A stretch of 64,000 nt of DNA. It comes from Adineta vaga (lineage: Eukaryota; Animalia; Rotifera). Shown piece by piece: positions 52,375 to 64,000 of the stretch. The position numbers and the translations under genes are program-made. Within the stretch, counting starts at the first letter, position 1. The number at the start of each line of letters is the position of its first letter. The stretch is taken from the NCBI GenBank assembly GCA_021613535.1, contig CP075492.1, positions 496,001 to 560,000 of the forward strand, written 5' to 3'. The notes under the pieces were generated by a model, which saw only the letters and a program-made list of their open reading frames with translations, ran no database searches and was not told where the DNA came from.

Positions 52375-52914
52375 TTACTCTAGTGTTGATCTTCCCTTAT
52401 CACATTGTTGCACTTCATTTTGTTCTTTCTCCTCTTTTCATCTTTCAGCGGCATCAATTTCATCAAGTTGTTGGACTTCCTCTTGCATTCCTGCAAGTTC
52501 ATTGATTTATTCTTGTTCCCAACGGTCCATTGTTGTTTGTAGTTGCCGTTGCCGATTTTGTTCGCGTCCTAGTTGCCGTTGATATTAATCTTCATACCAT
52601 TGCTCATATTGTTCTTGTCTTCTTTGTGCACTTCGACGTTAACAATAGCTTCGTCGATGTAGTTGTTGGTAGTATCGGTGTTGTAAACTTCGTGGTCCTT
52701 CTTGTCTTCGGGTTAGGGAATTCTGTCCGGAGGTGTTCGTAATTGCTGGTAGTTGACCTGTAGCCATATTTACAGGATTAAATATAACTGATAATGATTG
52801 ACTTGTAGTTATCATTTCATTAGCGAAGAATTGATTGAAGGTGGATTCGTTTCCATTATTTTCAAATGATGCTTCGTTTGGATCATGACCAATTTGACTG
52901 TTGGTTGTATTCAT
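52375..52914 (-). pseudogene. Terminon cargo ORF B, paralog of ORF C with in-frame stops
   Basis: Starts MNTTNSQIGHDPNE; the frame continues past stops through ...WEQE*INELAGMQEEVQQ (compare QKQINELEA in ORF C). Confidence 0.65.
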
Positions 52915-53752
52915 TCCGAAATGGGTGTTCAGGAATAATAGTAATAATAAACATTCCCATGAATTACATAATTAATAATTTTTAGATATTGAAGAGGAAA
53001 TGCTCACATGAAAAGGTTGAATATTTGTCTTGTATCCTGTTCTGAAGTAAACGCAGGTGTAGATATGTCTAGAAAAAGTAAAATAATTGAGAGGTATTTG
53101 TGTTCTAATTGGATATTAATTGAAAAGTATTAATTAACCTAATTTTTCTATTAGGATGTGAATGTAAATTTGTTTACTCACTGCTTAGATGTTGAAATCA
53201 AATTATTTTTTAGTTTTCTGGTAAATGAGTTAGATTAAGATTGTTTACATATCGTTAACTACGTATTTGTTTGAATTGCTTGTAATTCGTACTGTTTCGT
53301 TGTTGAATTTCAAATAAAAAGTTACCGATGTTTTCATTGATCTGAAATAGGTGAAAGTTTTAGCTAGCTGTGACGACAGAGAGTAATGATCGCAAATTTA
53401 ACATCTATTTGAGTTTATTTACAGGTGTATTCATATATTACATAGTTCGATTAAGTGTTTAGTGATTAATGTACAAAAAAGATTTACAGTTATATAAAGT
53501 CATCATACAGTTTAAGTATGAAAAAGGGTTTGTTTCTTCTAAGATTCAGGTGCTATATTGATATATAAATGAAAATGCTTATATAGGATCGGGTAAAAAG
53601 GTAATGACTGTGCCAGCTAATGATATTTGATTGTAGGTCAATGAAGATTGATCACCATTTTGAATTTCAGTATGGTTTCGATAAATATCACTTTCGCTTG
53701 GTATTTTCGGATATTGTGAATATGTTGAACGGTCTAGAAGAAAAAAAGATTT

Positions 53753-54346
53753 TCAAATGCACATGTTTTGCCAAGAAAAATAAGGAGTTTTCGCTGAACA
53801 CGTACCATGTGTAGTAACGCGATAATTATAAGTACGAAAGTAAGTTCGATAAAAAGCATTAACATGACAAATTATTGTTCGAACGATAAGCAGCAAAACA
53901 CAGACGAATGTGAAATAGAGTACGTATTTCCATAGATGTGATTCTTGTAGTCGTATGAAAGAAACCAACGAATCAAAATATCTCTTCATTGAATGGTTAG
54001 TTGAATAATAATAATCATTCTTTGTTATATTTTGTGGAAGATTCGAATTTGAATCATTCTTATTAACAATGATCGATGGAAAAGTTGCATTAGTTTTGAT
54101 TAGATTAATAGCCGATGTATTGCTATGATTATTTGTCAGATTTGTTACTACGGATGAAGATAGATATTGTTTTTCACGTTGCAATAAAAATTCTGGTATT
54201 GTAAAATTGTACGGATTAATATTATATCTTCTAGGTTTAGTTGGTCGACGTTTATATGCCCTAGTTAGTACGGGAGGAGTTGATGAAGATGACATTTCGT
54301 TGAACAACTTGAGATATCTAGAATAGAGTGATTCAAATTCTTGCAT
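53753..54346 (-). CDS. Terminon cargo ORF A, single-TM protein
   Basis: YVLYFTFVCVLLLIVR TM segment preceded by an N/S/T-rich region with many N-x-S/T sites. Confidence 0.65.
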   Translation of the reverse strand: MQEFESLYSRYLKLFNEMSSSSTPPVLTRAYKRRPTKPRRYNINPYNFTIPEFLLQREKQYLSSSVVTNLTNNHSNTSAINLIKTNATFPSIIVNKNDSNSNLPQNITKNDYYYSTNHSMKRYFDSLVSFIRLQESHLWKYVLYFTFVCVLLLIVRTIICHVNAFYRTYFRTYNYRVTTHGTCSAKTPYFSWQNMCI

Positions 54347-54699
54347 ATAGTTGTTGTTTTGTTTTTTCGATGTTGCAAAATAATTGGATTTTTAAGTAGA
54401 GTAATCTAGAAAGACAAACATTATTATCATACATAAATAACTTACAGACGATTTTTGGAAAAAAAAAGATAAACATAATCATATAGTTGTTTCATTACTA
54501 TCAAGTCAAAAGTCTAAATATACATTTATAATAAATTATGTGCATATAGAGTATATTTTGAAAATGAAAAATAGGTTTTAGCAGGAAGTAAAGGAAACAA
54601 AGGGTATAGCTGTAGATAGTGTTGATTATTTTGTGAATAAAGTCGATTGTTGTGAAAGAGTGTGTCATAAAATATAACGAATGATGATATATTTTACAA

Positions 54700-57600
54700 T
54701 TATGTTTGAGCTGGATGATTGTGAGTCTTGTTTGTACTTGTACGTGATGATTGATCTAGTCGCCGTAGTCTCTCTGAATGATAGACAATTAATAATTAAT
54801 CTATAGAGTATGAAATATATAATAAATTTTGATATGACTTACTTTGACGTGGTTGATTTCGCAGTAAGACTCGTTTTGGACGCTTACGTATTAGTTCATG
54901 ATTGGCATTACGACGAATCTTATTGCCTACAATCATTTTGACATTTTGATTTGTTGATTGACTGAATATATCTTTATGAACGTCATGGAGACCTCGTTTC
55001 ATTCCTCGTAGACGATGTTCATATGTGTAATGAATGAATAATTTACTTTCATCTTTTTTCTCTTTCTTATTTGGTTCATTTGTTGATGATATTTGTGTAT
55101 GTTGTCCTACGTTAGCAGTATGATCGATGATATCATCGTCCCTTGACGGAATAATTTCAATTACTTCTGTTTCGCGATTTTGTAGTTCGAGGAATAGATT
55201 ATTACGCATAACAAAGAATTGATTTTCGCTAACTATAAAAGGTAATAATGAGGATGACGAAATATGCTCTTGGAAAAAATTTCGAAATACACTTTCAATG
55301 AATTTTGAAGGATAGCTAAACAAATAAATCAGCATTGTTTGTATGAATGACTAGTAGACAAAGCTTACCCGTTATATAATAACATTAATTTAATATAGCG
55401 TCGTTCTTGATTGAATAGTTCAAATGTCGACGAATATTTTAATGCGTATGCAAGACGATTCTGTATAATATTAATAAAAACATGTCGTGGATGATCAGAA
55501 ATAAATGGGACAACGTAAGGTTCAGCTGCTGGTTTATGATACACACATGTTGATAGAATACCATTATTATTTGTTAGAAGAATATCAAGAAATGGAAGAC
55601 TTTGACTGATTTTATAATCCAACTTTATGTTTGGGTGCCATGTATTAGCTTCATTTAATAGTTTAATTAGATTTTGTTCTGATCTATTCCATGTGATAAA
55701 TATATCATCAATATATCTGTAGAATGAGATTATCACAAACAAATATTATTACCAACTCTTCCAATTTTTCTACTTACCGACCATAAAATTCACCAGTCAT
55801 ATCTTGTTGACGAACAAATTCTTTTTCCCATTTCCACATAAATATATTCGCTAAAGTTAATGTAAATGATGAGCCCATTGCACCCCCAAGCGTTTGTCGA
55901 TAAGTTTTATTTCCGTAGACAAAAACATTTTCTTTGATAACAATAGAAGCTAGTTGTCTGATTGTATCAAGCGAAATTCGTTCGACATGTCTATATTCAT
56001 GTATTTGAAGAAATTCAATGAGAATATCAATGAGAATATCAAGTGCTTCGTCTTGTGGTAACATCGTATATAAATTATGAATATCAGATGTACAAAAAAG
56101 AGTTGAGGATTTTAAAAGACATTTAGTTGTATAATTGAATATTCTCTGAAGAAACGAAGTACCGTCAATAAGATTTGTTTCTTTACGTTCTTCATTAAAT
56201 ATAGGTCGTATAATACTATCCAAAAATTTTGATATATTTGTTGTTGGAGCAGTTATAGTATTTTCAATTGGTCTCACAGGTATATTATCCTAAATCATAT
56301 CGCATATAAAATATACTAGTTTACGTTGAAATGAATAAAGAAGGCATTTCTTTTACCTTGTGTGTTTTAGGATTAAAATATAAATGAGCTAATTCACATT
56401 TTGTACGATCAAACATCATTCTATTGTATTGTTCTTTGGAAATCAGTTTTTCTTGACGTAATCGATTGAGTAATGTAGTAATCTTATTTTGAATTTCATT
56501 GAATGGATTATCAGATAATTCTATGAAAGCTTTTGTATCTTGAAAGAATTTATCCACTTTGTTCTCGAATTCAATGGCTGAGCCAATATAAAAATTATGA
56601 CCTTTATCAGTTTGACGAATAATAAGGTTGTTTTGTTTAATTTTTTGTCGAATACTTGCAGCAATATGTTTTTGCTGTAGAGCTTGAATATGATCTTTAT
56701 AGGATGTTGGTGAAAAGTAACAACGATTGAGATACGTATGAAGTTGATGTGAATACAGTTTGAAATAGGGAGATTCGGATGCTATACGATGTGGATAGGA
56801 GATAAGATGTTTTTTAACTGTTTGAGAAATTTCTTTATATTCGGTTTCGATGACAACTTTTTGTTGATCTTTTGGACGAAGTGCAGTTTGATTCATTCTA
56901 ATAAAAGATGGACCTTCACAGCAATAGACAAAAAAAGAAAAGAAAAGAAAAGAAAAAGAAGATATTTATTTAATTACTTGTTCGGTATCATATCACTTAC
57001 CTTGCGAAAGTTGATTTCACTGACATTTATTGAATGGATTCGAATGTAGATCAAGATATGGTTCAGGAGAAACACCTACTGTCGTTTTTGCCAATGATGA
57101 ACGTTGTCGATTTTGTAATAATCTTCGCCGAAAAGATGATATTTTATCATATATCTCTCGTTGTAAACGACTTGTACGATAGTTCATATATTCTTTAACT
57201 CTATTGATTATCGAATTAGAAGAACAATCGTCCATAGTAGCAACGGTAGTAGTACTAGTACTAGTACTAGTAGAAGAAGTCGTATTAGTTGTTGCTTTTG
57301 TGACTGTATTATCTAATAACTGTAATCTTTCTTCGAATTCTAGAAATTCATTTTGATATTGTTGATCATATTCTTGTAATTTAATTTCGTAAGCATGAAG
57401 TAAAATATTTAGACACAGCCGTTTTCCATCTTGTATAAACTTATGATGAATATTGTTAAATTGAATTGACTTTTGTTGATAAAGGAAGGGTGTATACAAT
57501 ACAGGTGCAATAAAACGTTCTAATTGAATGAAATCTAATGATAAAAGTTTACATAAAATTCGTGTTTCAAACATTAGAAGTTGTTCGCAACATTTCATTG

Positions 57601-58838
57601 ATTGTTGGCGTATACTTGTTAGTCGTTGGAAAGATTCATTCTCAAATAAAGATTACATGTTTATAGTCATTCATGATCAAATATCTAGAGACAAAAAACA
57701 GACGGAGAGAAAGAAGAGATGCAACTTACTTGATCATTTGTCAAATGAAATGTGCATATCGATTGAAATAGCTCATTTTCAGTATTAAACTCTTTGAATT
57801 CCAATATTTGTCTATTATTTTGCATTGATATATATTTTCGTTGACAATCAACAAGTTATTTAAGGCAATGATCAATTTGATCACTTGTTAAGTTTGTCAT
57901 TGGACACGACTGCATTTGTCTGTTCAATTCAATTTCAAAAATATTTAATTGACTACTAATTGTTCCGATATAATTAAGCAAATATTGCTGACATAATTCG
58001 AAATCATTTGTCTTTGCCATCATCTGAAGTTGATTCTTTTGTTTATGAAAGAGATAGAGGGAATGAAAGAATATAGTTCATTTCTCAAGAAATAAACTTA
58101 CTGGCCATATATGCTTCTGTTGGCCAATTTCGAAATAGGATTGCCATAATTGTCGGTGAATTTCTAAACAATAATGTTCATCTAATAGACTTATTCGTGT
58201 ATAAATAAAATCTTTTTCAATTTTTGTTTTCAATGTATAATTTAATGTTCTATTTAACATTTGAAATAGTACTGCAGATGATCGATCCAAATACATTGGT
58301 CTTCTATAATACAGGAATGAAAAGGTATTTTATACATACTTCTATCCTGTTAAATTATATTGATAGAAACTAACCGATAGTTTATATGTAGGTTAGTATT
58401 ATCAATAATGGTTTTCTTCTTTTTCAATGATGGTTGTACAATAGATACTGAAGCTGTGGATTTAGGTATCATTGTTGAATTTGTTTTTAGTTCTGGCAAT
58501 GAAATATCTCGTTTACGTTTGTTTAAATTTGATAGTGGTATCGGTTTTGTTGTTGTTGTTGTTAACACCACTACTTGTGCATTTCTTTCAGTTACCAATT
58601 CTCGATTCGATAATACTGTTTGTAGATTCTTCTCATTAGTACTTGAATTTTTCTTCTTGACAAGATTTCGTTTCTGAAGTAACTTCTCTATTTTACCTGG
58701 TTTGATATTTTGTGCACGACATTTTCTTCGAAAACGTTGATTACGTCGATTGCCATGACATTTTTTTCTTTGCTGTTGCTGTTCCTCTTGTATTTCTTTG
58801 ACGTCTTGATAGTTCAGTGAACTATTATTTGTGTCCAT
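54700..58838 (-). pseudogene. Spliced coiled-coil + Athena/PLE reverse transcriptase gene with a few lesions
   Basis: KKCHGNRRNQRFRRKCR; RQTDKG, LYFNPKTHK, RPI, DIHNLYT, QTLGGAMGS..LANIFM, YGR/YIDDIF, LPFLD, VYHKP; several GT-AG introns; in-frame stops near 57860 and 57018; 12-bp duplication (ILIDILIE). Confidence 0.92.
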
Positions 58839-58951
58839 GGTAGGTTACAAACGAATATAAATAATTATAGTTTATTGCAGTTAAATGAATGAAATATATA
58901 TAATTATAAATCTGAAACGAATGAAAAAGAAACATTTATTGAATTATACTA

Positions 58952-61385
58952 TAGTCCTTTGGTCTCAAATTCAGACTGAAATTTTGATTTTTTTCACTTT
59001 TGACATTTTTTGATCTTTTCTATTTTTCATATGCAATAAAAGATATTTATTATATATTATGACTATTGTCGTATATAGGCGGTGACGCGCTACAATTAAC
59101 GCTATTTTAAAAAGCGACTGCTCCTAACATATATAAATAGTGACACATTTTATGCATAAGTGACACTTATAATGTTTTGATTTTTTTATATCACTGTTAC
59201 GTGTTTTTGATCTTTTTCTTGATTGAATATTTACTTATACACAGTAGCTATCATTTGTCAATAGCGATTTAATTCATTGTTGTTAATTGCTTAATTATAA
59301 TAAAAATGGACATTGACCTCGACAATCATGGTGATGATTCTGATCATGGTGGTGACTCTCGTCGTGGTGGCTTTCGTCCTGGTGCTGGCCGTAAAAGAAA
59401 AACATTATCATCATCAATTCAGATGATGGCAAATGAAAGAAAACAACGAGCTGCACGTCGACAAGAAATATCGAGATATAAAGCTCAATTAAGAGAATGG
59501 ATAAATGATATAAAATGGTCACATCAAGGTGTTCCATCAACTTTTCATGATAATGCAACTGCTTTATTACTTATATTTAATCTCATGTTAGAAAATGTTG
59601 ATTTAACACAAACAGAAGCTGTTACTAAAGCTGCTCTGTATTTGGGTCGTGGTCCTTCTGCATTACGTGCATTGGTTGCACATTGGAATAAATATGAAGA
59701 GATATATGTTGAACCAGGTACAAGAGGTGGTTCATTAGGACAACAATCAACGAAATTATTTATATCTTTACCTCATTTCATTATAACTACTATTATGGAT
59801 CGTTATGCTGAAGGTAAAACTACTTCAGTTAAAGATATACAACAAGCTATCGTTGATATACATGATAAACATATAAGTTATTGGCCAATATATTATATCA
59901 TGCATGATAAAATGAAATTATCATATGGCTTGCTAAAAGGTTCAATGAAGTTAACACAAGATGCTAATTGAATCAAACGTATTGGTCAATTTCTAGTCAA
60001 ATACAGCTCTGCTCTCAATTTGGAGAAGAATAAAGAAGCAGTAGTCTGTTATATGGATGAATCATATGTGAATACAGGTCACCATGTTCATTATGGATGG
60101 TACACAGACAGTACAAACAGAAATATTCTTAGTGGTACTGGAGCTGGTAAAAGACTTATAATAGTGCATGCTATTACTAGTGATGGTCTTCTCTACAACG
60201 TTGATTCATTAACAAATAAAATTATTTCTGCTGAATTGCTTTATGAAGCTAAAAATCCTTTCGGTGATTATCATTGTAACATGAATGGTCACAATTTTCG
60301 TTTATGGGTGAACCAATATTTATTTCCTGCATTTGAAGCTAAATATGGTTGTGATAAGAGAATGATTCTCGTATTGGATAATGCTCCGTATCATAAAGAA
60401 CAAGGTGAAGGTTATGTCAATCTAAAATCAATGTCAAAGATGGATATGATTGATATTCTTCTTTCCAAAAAAGTACGCAATGTAGTAGTCATTCGAAATG
60501 GACAACCAAAAACGTTCAACCAGAATGAATGGAAAATGAATGGTCCATCAGGTCCTTATAAAAAAGAATTACAAGTATTTATGGAAAGTTGGATCAAACA
60601 ATATCCTGATCTTCAGAAAACGTTATTGGAGAAATTATTCGAACATAAATCATTAGCTGCAAAAACCGGTGTACCTGACTTTCATTATTTGATATTTACT
60701 CCACCATATAGTCCTCAACTTCAACCTATCGAATTAGTGTGGGCTTATGTTAAAGGTTATGTTGCTAAACAATTTACATCTTCTAGAACTGTTCAACAAT
60801 TAATTGAACAAACGAAGAAAGGGTTCTACGGTGATGGAGGTGATCATGAAGCAATATCAGCAGAAATGGTCAGAAAAATGATTGTACATGCTCATAAATA
60901 TTGTGATATGCTTATTAACGACAATCCTCTGTTAAAAGGATCTATAAATAACATAAAGAATGTAAAAGATTACGAAGAAGTCGACGAAAAAGAAGAAGAT
61001 GAAGATGAGGATGATGATATCAATATAGAAGCCGATGATATTATTGAATAACTTTCATTAAAAAGTATTATCGTGCACAGCACTTCTGGACTTGATGGTT
61101 AGAATGCTTGATCGACATTAAAAATGTTATTTTTCTGTATAAATCAGTTGTCATTTATATAAAATTAAAATTGAAAAATTTATGTCACACTTTTTTTCTA
61201 ACATATTTTCTTTTAATCTTTTTATAACTACTGTTCAATCATCTGTTACTAGTATCACACCATTATATAGCTTATAGTGTCCTCTAGCAAACATTCAAGT
61301 ACGGTAATAAAAATAATGGAAAATAGTTTCAGGAGAAGTAATCAAACAAACTCACCATTAATCTGAATTTGAGACCAAAGGACTA
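58952..61385 (+). mobile_element. IS630/Tc1-superfamily (Sailor-like) DNA transposon
   Basis: TIR TAGTCCTTTGGTCTCAAATTCAGA and its inverse; TA duplication; reconstructed empty site ACTAGT. Confidence 0.92.
59306..61051 (+). pseudogene. DD117E transposase with one in-frame TGA (59969-59971)
   Basis: The two ORFs are in the same frame; RGGFRPGAGRK AT-hook-like motif; YMDESY, GKRLIIVHAI, DYHCNMN, LDNAPYH, PPYSPQLQPIELVW. Confidence 0.9.
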
Positions 61386-63137
61386 TAGTTTTTTTTCCTT
61401 CGCTTGGTATAGAAATACGTTGTATTACGATTTTGTAGAGAATTTGACGGAGAATCTTTCTATAAAACATATTTTTTACTATGTTGAATTATAAATGAAA
61501 AGTGCGCAAAATACTGAGGGGCTCATTATTTCTGACTCATCCAGTACAATCATCAACTAATGTTCGCTTTGTTCAAAACTTGGCTGTAGTTGGTTTCCTA
61601 CCAGCCAATAGAATCTCAAGATTGATATGCCTCGATTTTGAACTTAATCTTTCCTCAAAAACCGTGTAATCATTTCTAAACTGACTATCCGTCGAAAAAA
61701 GATTGCTTCTTTAAAACTACGTACGGATGTCACAGAACAAAACTGGAAATATTTCATGCTATTCTATCTTTATTAAGATGGAGGTAAATGCATAATAATA
61801 GACGGCATGGATGGAGTAAAAATTTTTCTTCTGTTCTGTTATAAATATCGGAAGAAACAGAACGTGTCTTTTTTTGTTGGAAAGATATGCGTATATTTTT
61901 CTTATCATATACTTAATATGTTGAATTGCAGCTGAAAAGTTGATAGATTTAGCACATCCATATACTCATAAACAACGGATTGTTATTTTCCAATGCCATT
62001 GCATAATGAAGCTAACAACATAAAATATTTTTCAACAACAAGTAACGTTCGGCGTTTCGACTCACTCGGCTCTCGACTGTGAGAAAGACATAAGTATTTT
62101 TTTGCATCTACTCATGCTCGAAGACTTGGTCTAGCAGCTGTATCGAAATAAGCAATATAAATCTTTTTATTTAAATTGAATCGTTCAAAAATAGTGTTTG
62201 GTCTTTTTTGTGAAATAATTTGAGACAAAAAAAGATTTTTTTATTAAAAGCTTATAATATAATTATAAGTACATATAAAGTTTTACAGACGAGAGATAGA
62301 ACGTAATTGTGTTTCTTTATATAATTTATCTAGTCTTTCTATTTCAGCGAGTTGAGATTAGCTTTTTTTTCCCGTTAATAACACTTTGCAGTCGAAATGT
62401 CTTCAAATAGCTATATCATTGAAACGTTGCTAAGTAACAGCGGTACATAAATTGCGGCAATATCATCAGTTCGATTTCGTCGTTTTAACCCAAACAGTAA
62501 TCGATCGATCCCTTATACTCCATCGGATCCCACAGAAATTCATCGGAAGCAGTCGGAATCTAACAACTTTCGATGAAAGTTGATCATTTTTCCCACTGTA
62601 GATCCGATGGTCGGATTGTTCGTCATGGAATAGTAATAGATGACTATACACACTGTAGACACACACCGTTTGAAATATAACTCAATCACATCCATACCCC
62701 TACTCATGATTTCACATAACTCCCAGGTGTATATTCCCATTCACACTCTCATCCATATCCACACTCCTCACAAGACATTAGTGTTTTACTATTTATCATT
62801 ATCGTCAATTTTAACACAAATTTTATTTGTATGACTTTGATATTATTCATCGATTTTATAATAAAACTGTGATTACTCTAAAAAGAAGACATTTAACTTT
62901 AGCAAATTAAGCTCTCAACACAAAAAGAATTACATGTATACTTTATAGACAATGTGCACACTCAGGAACCGAACTTAGCATGGTGTATAGTTATGTACCT
63001 TTTGATCTTGAATACTCCATTGAATTCTATAATTCCATCTTTTTATTGTTTTAAGTTTTATAGTTTTAGATAATGATATCATAAATATGGAAAACATCTT
63101 AACAACAACTTCTAACCAGCTTTAGACAAGCAAAGAT

Positions 63138-63509
63138 ATGTCATACAAACACGTCACTATTGTCTGGCTAGGAAAGGATTCAAATAATGAGCCAGAAAAA
63201 TCAATAATTAGTAGAATCAAAGAACAAGTGCAAGAATTGGAAGTGTTTGATGATGCAGATGTGTGTATCGATTATCTCTCATCATTAGAAAATGAAACAG
63301 TGCTTATGATTACATCACACATATTCAGTGAAACAATCATACCACTGATTTCTGAAATACCATCAATTGCTGTAATCTATTTATACTGCGAAATCTGTTT
63401 AGTCTATGAAAATGTGAATAATGAAAGTTCTAACAAAGTGGCTGGTATTTTCGATAATGAAGACCAACTATTATCAGCTGTTCGTTGTTATACAAACGAT
63501 AATGAGTAA
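63138..63509 (+). CDS. Stand-alone N-terminal (receiver-like) domain of the ART-TPR family
   Basis: IVWL...CIDYL...E.V.MI.S...I..IYLYC...KV.GIF; same pattern as aa ~265-380 of the 25948 ORF. Confidence 0.65.
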   Translation: MSYKHVTIVWLGKDSNNEPEKSIISRIKEQVQELEVFDDADVCIDYLSSLENETVLMITSHIFSETIIPLISEIPSIAVIYLYCEICLVYENVNNESSNKVAGIFDNEDQLLSAVRCYTNDNE

Positions 63510-64000
63510 GTTCACTATGACTGTGTGAAAAGACTTTCTATTGTAACATCACACATTCACTATTACGTACGGTTTTATTCGCGATGTCTCTGGTAGAGTT
63601 TGGAGTTCTGGATAGTCTTCCATATTTTTCTAACTTTTAGACAGTTCTAAAAATATATGAATCCTCGTCGTCGAAATCCAGATCGCCGATATGCATTTCG
63701 AGGATACGACTTTCGATTGACTAATCATTGATGACATATATTTTCGATTATTTACTTTTTAACAGAACAAACGATTGATACACATCTTTAATAACGTACT
63801 TTCTCTATATCTGTTTATATATTCATGTGTGGATACAAATGAGAGCAAGCATACTGATAGCTAAAAAGAACGGTTAATGAAAAGGGTATTCAATGTGTCT
63901 ATAATTAAAAAAAGTTTGATGATATTCATTTCGACAATCTGTGATTTCGACGCAGTTTTCGACCATAACAATTTTCTATCAGGGTTATAATCCATCCTCA

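Larger units (their letters stand above)
48422..58949 (-). mobile_element. Terminon-like giant Athena (endonuclease-less Penelope-like) retroelement; 5' end undefined
   Basis: Co-oriented spliced ORFs, PLE-type RT without GIY-YIG, 3' hammerhead and (CACCCA)n tail on the sense strand. Confidence 0.88.

Noticed and set aside
52375-52914. TAA-to-Gln recoding in Terminon ORF B
   Set aside because: Other stops in the element sit at likely Glu and Trp positions, and TAA ends normal genes in this window; mutational decay is simpler.
59969-59971. Programmed TGA readthrough in the transposase
   Set aside because: A single substitution from CGA or TGG explains it, and I see no supporting signal.
62466-62770. 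Possible membrane-protein pseudogene on the minus strand
   Set aside because: Too short and disrupted to assign.

Overview
AT-rich eukaryotic DNA with short GT-AG introns. It is very likely from a bdelloid rotifer, judged from the (TGTGGG/TGAGGG)n telomere-type tracts, an Athena-type reverse transcriptase and the typical expanded ART-TPR, LDLa/EGF-GPCR, F-box/LRR and Cys-rich TM families. The region looks like a TE-rich, subtelomere-like accessory region. Main contents: (1) An intact mariner (5435-6676). (2) A three-level TE nest: a 6.3-kb CCC...GGG/TA element holding a piggyBac MITE and a 4.8-kb foldback element, which has 164-bp tandem repeats and an env-like core ORF. The nest splits an LDLa/EGF-GPCR gene just before TM7. 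(3) A Helentron/DINE-like element and a hAT MITE. (4) A >10-kb Terminon-like, endonuclease-less Athena retroelement on the minus strand (48422-~58950). It has a spliced coiled-coil/RT gene, five co-oriented cargo ORFs, a 3' hammerhead ribozyme and a telomeric-repeat tail joined to a broken TPR gene. (5) A Sailor-like IS630/Tc1 element with DD117E spacing. The most unusual pattern is about ten short telomere-like tracts. Most share the outer end (TT)GAGGGTG, several sit exactly at gene truncation points, and two are copies of the same telomere-repeat hairpin. Host genes include a MACPF-LRR fusion, a catalytically dead and apparently membrane-anchored cathepsin, a frameshifted flavin amine oxidase and a PAM2-ART-TPR protein. 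All family assignments come from motifs recognised by eye; no searches were run.
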